This document shows positions 51,801-61,763 of a stretch of 64,000 nt of DNA, one piece after another. The first letter of the stretch is position 1; every line of letters starts with the position of its first letter. The notes under the pieces were generated by a model. The model saw only the letters and a program-made list of their open reading frames with translations. It did not search any database and was not told the origin of the DNA. The stretch is from contig LSRY02000019.1 in assembly GCA_001643675.2 (NCBI GenBank), positions 1,364,001 to 1,428,000 on the forward strand, read 5' to 3'. This DNA comes from Monocercomonoides exilis PA203. Taxonomy: Eukaryota > Protista > Preaxostyla. A program made the position numbers and the translations under genes.

Positions 51801-53686
51801 TTCACAGAAACATATATCGTCTTGTCCTTCAACCATTCCTTCTTATCAGTGTGATGATACGCCCAATTACCATCAATATAACATACTCTCATCTCATCGC
51901 TACTCGTTGTATACGATTCATAGAACGGATTTCTCAACAAAAAAATACTGTATTGATCTTGGAGGCACACATCGTGGCCATACGGAGTGGAATCACTGCA
52001 GCTGCAATTGTGGAAAAAGAAGAAATAGCAATAAAGGTTGTTGCTTGGAGCTGCTGGTTGATATAACAAGAAACCTAATCCTCCACCATGTGACAATGCG
52101 TTGCACGAAATGAATTGGAGGCTCCTCATTTTGAATTTTTCAGGAACATTGAAACAGCACATCCCTCCACCCCATGTGCTAGTTATTGAGCACGAAGTGA
52201 AAATGCAGTCAAATACACAAGCGCTCTCCCCTTTCCCACTTTCTGTTCCATTACAGTCAGATCCAGAAACGAGAACAGAATCAAGACAAAGTCCTCCTCC
52301 ATAATTCTTCGCTTTGCAACTCTTGAATTCGCACCCACTGATCCTGACACATGAAATAATATCAAAAGCACACATCCCTCCTCCACCATAATTTTGAGCA
52401 GTGCAAGAATTGAATGAGTTGTTCTCAACCTTGATTGAACCGAACGAACTGCAAAAAATACCTCCCCCAGCATAATAAGCATAACAGCTGCTGAAAGTGC
52501 AATGAGAAACAGACACAGAGGCAGATGATTGTCTGTACATATAAATTGCTCCACCATTCGAAGAGCCATCGGCGTATGAGTTTCTTTCTCCTGTTGCCCT
52601 CGATCCGTTCCACTCGCACCAAATAAATGAATTTGCTCCATTCTCTGTTGTATTCTGTCTCCCTGGAGTCAACTTTCTGTCTGAAGTTCCATTACATTCA
52701 ACATTTCTTGTCCGATAACACCTGACAAATGAGGCGTTTGAGACTGTCAAAGAAGCAAAGGGACTGTTCAGCGAAGGCACAATCCCATCATCATACACAT
52801 CACAAACTGATGAAAATGAGCAGCAGCTCATCAAAGTCGAACTTGTAGTTTCACCAATATTGGTGAAGTTTTGTGATAGAGGGAAAATAGAAATGTTGAA
52901 GAAGTTTATTTGAGTTAAAGAAATCCTCTCAAAGAATAAGGATGATAAAAATGGAGCAGATGAAACAAAATACGAAGAGAAATGCGAAGAACTCACGCAA
53001 ACACTCCCAAGATCTGGCGAATTGTTGGAAGATGGTTTAAACGTAAAAAGAGGATGCAATATTTGAATATACGAATTTGATGGTTGAAGCGAAATGTTTT
53101 TGAATATTCCGAATCCCCCTTGAATATCAAATGGCGAAAAATAGTTTCTTTCAACAGCTGTGCACTGGTTAACAACAACATAGCTCCACTTATCTGCAAG
53201 GATGTAATGCGGACTTTCTGAAAAACTTGAAAATTCTAACTTCTTCCAAAAAACAGATGAATTCTTTAATTCCATCTCTCCTTTGATTTTGCTTTCTTCA
53301 TTTTCGTTCTTATATATATTTGTAAAATAACTAAATCGCACTTTCACTTCTGCTCTTTTCAGTATATGCATCTGAGAAGTTCTACTCCTTAAAACAGAGT
53401 AATTGTCGTTTTTTGCTAATGAATCTTCATCCTTGTCAGATCCTTCTATAATAGCATTTTCTGTTGCGAAATTTGGATGTATTAAATAATCTTTTGTAAG
53501 GGTTACGGATGTTTTATTTTTTAGCAACGCAGTTTTTTGAAAAAAAGATTCCGTTTTGTTACGAAAATTGGCAAAATCAGAAAGGCTGTCCGCTGTTGTA
53601 TCTCTGCTTGAAATATCACACTGTAAATTGCAAATCAGAATATTAATAGTTAACACGAAAATACACATGCTACACGCAATATGCAA
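48818..53686 (-). CDS. Giant intronless surface protein (1622 aa) of the same beta-helix/PMP-like family; C-terminal TM, short tail, no kinase domain
   Basis: Signal peptide; NGGAIY, GGGIF, YGGGGM motifs; CGSNETFPC module; juxtamembrane G.NLLPC motif shared with the two other receptors; TM WWIVFVAAAGFIVISVVIGQLF followed by AKKR. Confidence 0.85.
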   Translation of the reverse strand: MHIACSMCIFVLTINILICNLQCDISSRDTTADSLSDFANFRNKTESFFQKTALLKNKTSVTLTKDYLIHPNFATENAIIEGSDKDEDSLAKNDNYSVLRSRTSQMHILKRAEVKVRFSYFTNIYKNENEESKIKGEMELKNSSVFWKKLEFSSFSESPHYILADKWSYVVVNQCTAVERNYFSPFDIQGGFGIFKNISLQPSNSYIQILHPLFTFKPSSNNSPDLGSVCVSSSHFSSYFVSSAPFLSSLFFERISLTQINFFNISIFPLSQNFTNIGETTSSTLMSCCSFSSVCDVYDDGIVPSLNSPFASLTVSNASFVRCYRTRNVECNGTSDRKLTPGRQNTTENGANSFIWCEWNGSRATGERNSYADGSSNGGAIYMYRQSSASVSVSHCTFSSCYAYYAGGGIFCSSFGSIKVENNSFNSCTAQNYGGGGMCAFDIISCVRISGCEFKSCKAKNYGGGLCLDSVLVSGSDCNGTESGKGESACVFDCIFTSCSITSTWGGGMCCFNVPEKFKMRSLQFISCNALSHGGGLGFLLYQPAAPSNNLYCYFFFFHNCSCSDSTPYGHDVCLQDQYSIFLLRNPFYESYTTSSDEMRVCYIDGNWAYHHTDKKEWLKDKTIYVSVNGSDGYELCGSNETFPCLTVSKAFEMCETHISLTITLMEGDHVSEATTIKIGEKKISVIGKGRMESSIETGALSSSSTTLFSLTSGKLEVKYLRIDHNSIRSPSPSVFVVSVGSGALSLEDVMIDSSISGGSVISASVFEVALRQLKMIDVEIKNMKVSQPLFAEPSSAGSIAGDSVLANVTVRNVNRTTGDGVVIAKSVKAREAFIVWNTTMEGCSCKEGNGGGVYVDVQESGIATVNGTARFEGCVSAGRAMLGGRGGGMMAYLDSEACKLMIGWQVRFSEENQNEAMFGKDVFVKCGTGILLETKISRDSFEFFDASTILLDPRRLCGTENGNEENIFPLFVYLYETESAVIVDGGRGKGTDHPHCGLLKFACKTIEYALMKRGDTPVIGVCNQSSLTDTALFERNRVRIEGLNENQAVINIAAVNESANGSLIKLDVDTEFCGIQFILPSRIKGYNAVFESYHKFLLENVTISSLSQAVSFTFATVKAGETMLENVTFHKTIFSGACGFATANSNAILSSVFKSGIEQLSSASNNCIFYIQGGTFKVSTFNCIDSKFQLISAFAFDKEFNAFQAENVFFANVSFNSSLIINRTYSIPSIKPHITISSFFFRNVSKVGHDSLLRMEFVNVSISDSMLCVNNDFAAYGIIVNVSNSTVKMSNCTMSGIGNLRSIVCNGENQNELQICCQFEGSLLYLSNCSSSIESTTFANSSAGALSVRDGKINLKNITFLNNTANSSLYNSVRRNILCENSSLSIASFSDESGNRNPDNLREGEYLELWMQNRGCTVSGLMNWSQMEDVETADTVLREFPQKAYLFCRPHISEITRSEKGDKMMIHFVGNNLLPCLVSYEVSILNSSSSSSEKEIISFPFITCEFMSQEEFVVEASKSQLKFTLNSLKGQIFVQAVLKLKEDEVYDSRRRMTQVVKTDPVLLQDVVTNSDEKVSQTKSTSNIFPWWIVFVAAAGFIVISVVIGQLFAKKRSSNQKAAVKL

Positions 53687-53929
53687 ACAGAAAAGCTTAT
53701 CAATTAAAATTTTATTTTTTATGGTTTATGAATCTTTAGAAAAGAACAAACAACCACAACACCTCTTGTAATAGAAGTTAGGGGTCTATATTAAGGGATC
53801 AATCGTTTACAAATTGAAGTAAAAATTGTGGATGTGAGAAAAGATGAAAATATTGAACTTATGATAAAGAAACAAGGAAATTGCACAAAAACAAAGTGCA
53901 CAGAGGTTGTTGTGGTTAAAACAAGTGCA

Positions 53930-56900
53930 AATTTTAAAAGGAAAAATAATTATAAAAAATGAAAGGGTGGGAAGAGTTTAAGTCGGTACGGGAAAAAGTG
54001 GTGTTGTTTTGTTTGTTCTTTTCGTATAAAAGTGCAGAGTACCTAAATTTTCCAGAACAAACGATCAACAACAACACCTCTTGAGATGGAAGTGTAAATA
54101 ATTGTGAGCTTCTTTGAGTCCGTCTGAAAGAGCCTGACTTCGCTTGTTTGAATTGTGCAAATTGAAGTGATTTCCACGTGGTTGCAAGCATTGATCGTAT
54201 TGATTCCTGCTGAATGTTCTTCAGGAGTTCTTTCATCCGATGTGGAAAGAGGAGAGATATGATAAGCGCTGATTGCGTGTTTGCAACTGGATTTGCAGTT
54301 TCCTGAGTGTTAAATGTCTGTGATTGGAATCCTGTTGAGTTGGTTGGGGAAGTTAAAGAAGTCTGTTGTGGGTGTGGAGTCTGATATGATATATGTTGTT
54401 GTGGTGGAGCAAGAAGCCTGTTTGCAAGATTTGTTGCGATAATGGAATGGAAATAAGAATGCGACTGGGTATAGACACTTGGTGAAAGTCAGGCATATTT
54501 CTCAATAAGAACTTCCGGCTCTCTTTTATGGGCGAGGGCAGATAAAGCTGTATGATTAATTGATAAAGGCCTAAATACTTTCGGGATCCTCGCCTGAGTC
54601 ATGCCTAGCCTTACAAGCTTCCTGATTCCCAATGTCTTCAGAACTGTGTGATGAGTTGTGTTCAAAAAGAAAGTGTCTTTTGATTCGCAGGTCCTCTTCA
54701 CTCTTACACTAGGCAAATAATGACACTTGTTGGATACACCTTCACACCTTCTTTCTTTGAATATAAAACAATGAGGTATTTTGGTGGTAATGATGTCTTT
54801 ATCTTTGTTTGAAAATGAATGGCATCGCTCTCAAGGATTGACTGCATCGTTGATGTTTGTTCTTGTTCATCGAAACGACATGCGATTAGTAAAATGCAGA
54901 GAAGGATGCGCTCACCGTAAGGTCGAAGAACGACAGGTTAATGTTGTCTTGTTGGAAGTTATGTTTATTGAAAATTTGTGCAGGAAACCACATGAAAGTG
55001 TATGGTTTACGCGGTATGTGGGATCTGTGGAACGATCGAAACAGCATTATGATATTTAAAACCTTTCCGATGTCCTCTCCATGTACCATGTGAGTGAAAA
55101 TAAAAATTGATAACCTCATTGTGCAAAGGCAGGAGTTAGGGAAACCCTTCTCTTAGAGCTTTGGAAAAATCGAAGCACATTTCTTTGTTCATTCGGTAAA
55201 GTTTTCCGGAAACTCCCCACAGTTATCTTCCATTTAGGCTTTGCAAAGTGTGCAAAGCCAAATGCGTATGTCGTCCACGTTGATGGAGCCACAGTGTTTT
55301 TTGACTCATCAGTTATGTTTTGTGAGATATTGCTCTTTAGAAAACTGCTCCTCCACTAATGTTCTCCTTTTGGGGATGCTAATTCAGTCTGGCTTCAAAA
55401 AATGTTTCTGGTGGTAATGATGATCCTGTCTTCTTCATCCTGGGCCCACCTTCAGTGTTCTTCGTGAATCGTTCCATATCAGGTTGTGTGTTTTCATTTT
55501 CCTGAGAAGTGGCGGCCAGATATGATCCCTCCAAGCTTGTAGAAGAATAACTGCTCTTTCGTGTTCATCTTCGATTATCCTTAGAGCTTGGAGTATTAGA
55601 GGAACTGGAGGGTGTTTCATAGTGACTGCTTTTCGCCAGTCTGTAAAAAGACTGCCTATGTGATGGGGCTTCCTGGCATAAAATATGTCGATGAATTTTT
55701 GCTTCGTTTTGATGCATGTGTGTCTTGTTCTCTCTTTAAATCAAGTTCTCGTTCCACGTTTGTTGGAGTATCTTCCGTAACCTAGTAGTTCCCAGCTTTC
55801 TGTAATCATTTTAAGACGTCTTCTGTTGTGTTCTTCGTTGATGGAAGATGAACTGCCTTTTGTTGAATGTTCCATTTTCTTCATATCCTCTGAAACTTCC
55901 TGAGAAGAGAGAGTAGGTTCACTTCCACTGACTTTCGTTTGAAATGGAAGACGGCTGTTTTATTGTCTGATCTCACAAAGATGTTTTGGATCTTGTATTT
56001 GATGAAGAGGTTATCGAACTGGTTGATAGCCAGAATATTTTCCTTCATCTCCTTGAAGCTGGAAGATTGATTGTGGAACGTTGGAACGAAAGCCTGATAA
56101 AAGTTGAATAAAGTGTTATCTTCTCGAAGAGTGGCACAACAAAGTCGAGAAGAAGCATCTGTGGTCAGTATTGCATTTGATTTGGTGAAAGAAATCCAAG
56201 GCCTCTCCTCCATCCTCCTTAGTCTCACCTTCCAGTACTGCAGTTTGTTCATATTTGAATGATTGATTCTCATAGTCCCTATCCATCCTGTCTTCCTAAC
56301 CGCATTTTTAAGTTCCTTGGATTATTTTTTTATATGAAGAAAATTATCTGTGGTTGCGAATCGAGTTGCGCTAATTGCTCTGACAAGTGATGTGAACTCT
56401 TTTGTTTTGATTGCTGTTTCTTTTGATATCATGTTCATCCACCGTTTTATTTTCTTCTACAGGGATGCACTACGCTTCGTTTCCAATGCTACATTCATGA
56501 CTTTTGTCTTCTATGTCCAACCAAGGAAGGAAAAGGTTTTTCAGGGAATTAACTTGCTTTTCTCTTTGTTGACAACGACAGAAATTGTTGAACCAGTGAA
56601 CGATCCCTTTTGTTGCTTCCTGTAAGGCTCTTATGTTCTTGTGCACCAGGATAACATTGTTGAGATAATTCAAACATCTGACCTTTCATCTCCCCCGAAA
56701 CTCTTGCACAATTTTCCTCTTTAGCTTTGTGAATATTCGTGGAGCGTCTTTGCAGCACAAAGTGGAGAACTCTAAAGACGTGAATCCTTTCTCTGAATCC
56801 AAAAGCAAGGAAGAGGGTGAAGTCTGGGTGCACTGAGATATGAAAGCAGGCTTGAGAAAGATCGATTTTCACCTTATAGTCGAACTTGTGAAAATGCTTC

Positions 56901-56933
56901 TCCAATGTCTGATGATTTTCGGATTTGAAGTGT
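53930..56933 (-). mobile_element. Decayed DIRS-type (tyrosine recombinase) retrotransposon: RT, RNase H, Dam-like methyltransferase, YR; 5' part missing
   Basis: RT: HFKSE...KIDLSQACFHISVHP...FLAFGF; RNase H: LTTDASS...SSSFKEM...VRSDNKTAV; MT: W....KHPPVPLI...AVILLQAW...WPPLL; YR: FRPLSINHTALSAL...IEKYA. Domains are in DIRS order with many stops and frameshifts. The 3' boundary is approximate. Confidence 0.85.
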
Positions 56934-57174
56934 CAATATTTTTTTTTTAGATGTTCCTTTTGTTTAATTTTCAAATAGAATAAAAATTTCATATTTCGAT
57001 CATATTTCTGTTTCCACTCACCAAATTTCTCTGTCATGAAAACAAAATCTTGACATTTGTATTATTTCTATTTTTGTGAAGTTTCATGAGAGAGAACAGA
57101 AAATTTATTGAAATATGACATTTTTATTTTATTTGATAATTAAACAAAAGGAACTTTTCAAAAAAATTTAGACA
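56931..57174. repeat. Imperfect inverted repeat (~80 bp arms), probable MITE abutting the DIRS RT
   Basis: TGTC...GTTCCTTTTGTTTAATTTTCAAATAGAATAAAAATTTCATATTTC pairs with GAAATATGACATTTTTATTTTATTTGATAATTAAACAAAAGGAAC...GACA. Confidence 0.75.
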
Positions 57175-57261
57175 TATGAAAAAGAAGATGAGGCATTTTT
57201 TTAAATTCACTTTTCAATGATACTTTATGAATGTTATTTACAATTTTTCTAATCAAAATAT

Positions 57262-57529
57262 GGGGAAAAATATTTCACTTCAGGCATTTTCATTGAAGAA
57301 TTATGCACTTTTCAATGACTTTTATAGATCAAAAAACACAATAAAAATGTGTCCATTTTTTGACATTCATTAAATGTTGGATAACTTTGTGTTTTGATTT
57401 AAACGATGCATGTTTGCAGATGTGAGAATCAAATTTATTTCAAAATCTGAGTATGCGTAATAAAGTTATGAGTGAAGAAATTTTTCAATGCTTTGTGCAA
57501 AAAAAGCTTGAAAGTCCGTATTTTCCCCC
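57262..57529. mobile_element. MITE copy 1 (268 bp), GGGG...CCCC termini, ATAT target-site duplication
   Basis: ATAT|GGGGAAAAATATTTCACTTCAGGCATTTT ... AAAAAGCTTGAAAGTCCGTATTTTCCCCC|ATAT; homologous over its full length to 57962-58230. Confidence 0.88.
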
Positions 57530-57961
57530 ATATGAGAAAAAAATATTTTGATTTTGAAAAATATCACCCTAATCCTATTTTTTTCATAAACGTGTTGGTG
57601 TCGAAGATTGTGGTTTTTACTAGGCCTCTGTGACAGACCGACATTTTCAAAACAACTTGACAACTCGACCAACGATTTTATCGAGTTTATATTTTTTGGT
57701 TATTTAAAAATCCAGAAATATAAATTTTATTTTTTAAAGAAAAAAACGAAAAAAAATCTTTTTCAATGTTTTTTTATCTATAAATATTAATAATTTAAGA
57801 AGGAAATGAATAATCATAATTTTTTTTTCTGAAATTCTTTTAATAATAATGGGTTATCGACAGATCTTTATCGAGATCAGTCGAACGACAAAGATCAGTC
57901 ATTTGACAAAGATCAGTCGAGTTGTTGGATATTAATGTTAATAAATGATTTTTTAACAATT

Positions 57962-58230
57962 GGGGCAAAATATTTTGCTTCAAGCATTTTCATTGAAAAA
58001 TTATGCACTTTTCATTGACTTTTTCACATCAAAAAACACAATAAAAATTGATCCATTTTTTGATGTTCGTGAAATGTTGGAAAACTTCATTTTTTTGATT
58101 TCAACGGCACTTGTTTACGGATATGAAAATCAAAATTTTAAAGAAATCTGAGAAAGCGAAATAAAGTTATGAGCGAAACAATTTATTAATGCTTTATGCA
58201 TAAAAAGCTTGAAAGTCAGTATATTCCCCC
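57962..58230. mobile_element. MITE copy 2 (269 bp), same family, AATT target-site duplication
   Basis: AATT|GGGGCAAAATATTTTGCTTCAAGCATTTT ... AAAAAGCTTGAAAGTCAGTATATTCCCCC|AATT. Confidence 0.88.
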
Positions 58231-58596
58231 AATTGTCTATTATTATTTTATTTTAAGACTTTCACTCACTTTTTGATTTCACTTTTTATTATTTTTTGAA
58301 TCATGTTTGCATTGATTTCTTGTTTTGAAATTCAATGATTTCGTGAAATTTTTTTCAAATGAAGCATTGTTCAGCCAAGACTTTTTGATCAAAATTAATG
58401 AGATGGGATGAATATTAGGAAACAACAATGATAATGAAGGAGCAGATGGAGCTGCATGAGTAGCCGAAGAGTTCGGTGGAAAAGAAGGTTGCTGAAATGA
58501 TAAAATAGTCTGATGGAGTGAAGAACATCGCATTTATCGAAAAGATATTGTTTGAAAGAAGAGAGAAGGCAAAAGGGGGAAGAATGAGAATGAGAA

Positions 58597-58662
58597 GAAG
58601 AGGAAGAAGAGGAAGAAGAGGAAGAAGAGGAAGAAGAGGAAGAAGAGGAAGAAGAGGAAGAA
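58597..58662 (+). repeat. Tandem repeat (GAAGAGGAA)n, about 7 units
   Basis: Directly visible 9-bp periodicity. Confidence 0.9.
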
Positions 58663-59016
58663 TGGATAAATTCTTATGAATGAGTTATTTTTCTTCGAGC
58701 ATTATAATTAACAATGTTGAAATTTTCACTAATAATCAAATCCACATCGGCAGCAAAGATATCTTAAACACTTACATTCAAAATCATGGTGTTTAATACC
58801 AAACAACAATCTTTTTGATTCCTTTCATATATCTTCTCCATTTTTTCACAATTTTCTCATTTGTTTTCAAAACACAAAATATATTATTATAATGGTAAAA
58901 AGAAAAAAGTGAAGAAAAGGAAACAAAGATATATTCATGAATTGAAAAATTGGTGTATATTCACAGAGAACCGGGCAAAAAAATATCAAAGAAAAAAATA
59001 ATAAAAAACACAGAAG

Positions 59017-59111
59017 AAAAGAGCTTTAGCAGGAGTCGAACCCCCGACCTTTGACCAACGGAATATCAACGGTGGAGGTAGCCACTGCTTGCGTTTCTCG
59101 AGCCAAAGCCC
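59017..59111 (-). ncRNA. tRNA-like Pol III small RNA candidate (non-canonical; vault-like RNA or tRNA-derived element)
   Basis: GC-rich island reading GGGCTTTGGCTC...AGGTCGGGGGTTCGACTCCTGCTAAAGCTCTTTT: B-box GGTTCGACTCC, 10-bp terminal stem, TTTT terminator, no canonical anticodon arm. Confidence 0.5.
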
Positions 59112-60109
59112 AGCTTTAGAACTTAAACGAATTTTCATCGTCGCTTCGATCTGACAGAGTCGAATCAATTTTTAATCGTATTATTTGGAGTGACTCAATC
59201 ATATCGAATGTTTCTCAATCTTAGTTTGGTCGAAATTGTTATTTTCTTGATCAAAGTTTTTGATCAAACATTTTGTTATTTTGTTCGTAATTAACCTTTA
59301 AACAGTTAATATTTGATGATTTTTTGATATGTTGTTGTCCGTTAGACAGTTTTTTCATTTTCAGGTGAATTTTTTCATGCACATTTGTTTAGTTCGGATT
59401 TTTATTAACCTTTTATTTTTTGCAATTGTGATGTGGTTTTCAACTTCCTCTTTTCAAATCGTTCGATATTAGATTTCATTTTGTGTGAATAACGTTTTTA
59501 TATTCGATTTATTTATCATTTTTTTATTTCATTGAGAATTTTAAACTTTTTTGGTTTTCGTATTTGTTGTATTTTCTTAACCTGATCATTTTTTGATATT
59601 TCAAATGATTTGATAATAAATAGCAAACAAAAGGCTTTATGTGATATTGTTTTATGTTTTTTTTTGTTATTCTCAGAAAAATCGAAAAATATTTTAAAAA
59701 ACATAATTCTTGTCTGTGCCTTTATTATGAAGTGAAAATAGGAAAAGAAGTTCAAATATGATTTAAAAATTAACCAGTTCAATTTCAAACAAAGAAATAA
59801 ACATTAATCTTGAAATTTTTTATAATTTATTCTATTTCTTAAAAAAAAGTCTTTGAAATGCCAAATGAACGACATTTATTTTATTATAATTGATATTGAA
59901 AAAAAGAAAATTAGAGAATTTGAAAGATAAAAATTATTGTTAATATCTGATCATGGGAACCAGAATTGGAAGGATCGGATGTGACTCAGTCACATTGAAT
60001 TTGATAAATGGAACTTGTTTTATATCTATCTTTATAAGCCTTTTTTCATCTTATTGTATATGAGTGAATAAATTCGTACAAGTTCTTTTTCTTTCTTATG
60101 ACTCAACTT

Positions 60110-60240
60110 AAACCTGGACAAACCCTAACCCAAAAAATACAACAAAGATCAAGATTTTTTGAGTGCTAACCCTAAAAAGAAGAGCATAAACTTAACCCTA
60201 AACCCAAGATCTGTTACGCTAACCCTAAAACCTAAACCAA
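60110..60240 (+). repeat. Degenerate telomere-like (CCCTAA) repeat cluster
   Basis: AAACCCTAACCC, CTAACCCTAAAA, TTAACCCTAAACCC and CTAACCCTAAAACCTAAACC within 130 bp. Confidence 0.7.
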
Positions 60241-60554
60241 GCAATTAATAATGTGATTATTTTGTTATATAAACCTTGAAAGTTAAAAAATACTGTGTCA
60301 GATCAGAGCTGCCCCGTTCTCTGTGAATGTGCCATATTTTGTCATATTTTTCGAATATCAAAAATTGAACTAACTTTATTTTTCTGATCTCGAAAATAAA
60401 ATGTTTAGTGAATCATTTTTCATTGAATATTTTTGAATATGCATTTTTATCCCCAAATGTTAATGAAATGTCGAAGTTTTTAATCGAATATTTTAAAAAA
60501 AATTCTTTGATATTGTTATTAATGACTTTTTATTTGTAAATAAATTTCACATAT

Positions 60555-60810
60555 GGGTGATTATTTTTGAAATCATAACTTTTTTCGGTGTGTGCATTAT
60601 TATGAAAGTTTTATGAATTCGTAAATATTATTTTTGTAAAAATGTTTTGTTCACTCAATTGAATCAAAAGACATTGTTTGATATTAAAGAAAGACAGAGA
60701 TGATTTTTGTTGCGCTATTTCTTTTCTGTGTTCATTGATATTTATTCAAAAAATAAACTTTTTTACCGAAATATTTTTTCGAAAAAATATAATTTCAAAA
60801 ATAATTACCC
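60555..60810. mobile_element. MITE (256 bp), GGGT...ACCC termini, ATAT target-site duplication
   Basis: ATAT|GGGTGATTATTTTTGAAATCATAACTTTTTTCG ... CGAAAAAATATAATTTCAAAAATAATTACCC|ATAT. Confidence 0.85.
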
Positions 60811-61015
60811 ATATGCACCAAAAATAACTTCATTTTAGAAAAATAACAAATTAGTTTCGAAATAGAAATAATATCATTCATGATGAGAATGACTTGTGTT
60901 TTGTATTTGTTATACTTAAATTAAAATCTCATCAAAACACTTTGATTATCAATCCGGTTCGATATTTTTGAAATCAAATTTTTTTTGCCGGTCGTTATCT
61001 GCCCACTTTCGGCAT

Positions 61016-61662
61016 TAGTAGATTAGATCGACACCCAAAAATATTCAAGAATTTGGATTTCTTTTTGATAGAAATTACAAACATATAATAATAATTGTGT
61101 TTTGTAGCATTTGAGTTTTGAAATTAGGGTTTGAAGCGGGAAAAGGAGCAATTAACTAATATAACTTAGGGATTGACTTAGTTATCTTATTCGTCAAAAT
61201 TTCTTTTTTAACAATATTAACAAATGATATTTCGTCTGTTTAATCAAAAAATAAATCAACCATGCCTTCAGATTCTTTTTATTTTTGATTTCTTTATTCG
61301 ATCAGCTCTCCCCTTATAATATTTTCTCAATTAATGAAAACAGCCAATGCTGTTCACTTCTCTCATTCAGAATTTTACAAGTCTATTTCTGTTACTGTTA
61401 TCATATTCATAATGTTTCTTCAATGTGAAAATAGTAAATTGGGTTGAGAATTCCTTTTTTAAACAAATCAGATTCAAACTTGATTATTGAAATGATCATA
61501 ATTCCCTTTTTTATGTATAACTCCTCGTTTTTCGGAAAAAAAAACAAGAAAATTGAATTTTGTTAAAAGTTTGTCAATAAACTTCTATTTGCAAAATAAG
61601 TAGATTTTTCCAAATATTAAGTTGACTGAACGATTTTTTTTGGGTGTCGATCTAATCGACTA
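61016..61662. mobile_element. Non-autonomous TIR element (~650 bp) with ~25 bp TIRs
   Basis: TAGTAGATTAGATCGACACCCAAAA versus TTTTGGGTGTCGATCTAATCGACTA (one mismatch). Confidence 0.8.
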
Positions 61663-61763
61663 TTTCCCCACTTTCCAGCAAAATTATCAAATATAAAAAA
61701 ATATAATGTGATTTTCGAATTTTTTTAAAAAACGAAAAATGTAACCATAACATATAAATAAAA

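Larger units (their letters stand above)
58952..60333. mobile_element. Probable non-autonomous TIR element (~1.4 kb) containing a tRNA-like sequence and degenerate CCCTAA repeats
   Basis: ATTCACAGAGAACCGGGCA (58959-58977) and TGCCCCGTTCTCTGTGAAT (60310-60328) are an 18/19 inverted match; outer GG/CC ends are flanked by AATT and ATAT. Confidence 0.6.

Noticed and set aside
14983-56933. Diversity-generating retroelement (repeat pair plus RT)
   Set aside because: Differences between the two cassettes are not adenine-specific, both copies are coding, and the RT is a decayed DIRS type.
58597-58662. Tandem repeat or MITE pairs as a CRISPR-like array
   Set aside because: Simple microsatellite with no unique spacers, no cas genes, and a eukaryotic context.
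59017-59111. Canonical tRNA or tRNA-Sec call
   Set aside because: No U8, no 7-nt anticodon loop with U33 and no UCA anticodon, although acceptor plus T stems could sum to about 13 bp.
60110-60240. Telomerase RNA template or true telomere
   Set aside because: Several degenerate, interrupted copies in an internal position inside a TIR-bounded element; no supporting structure is visible.
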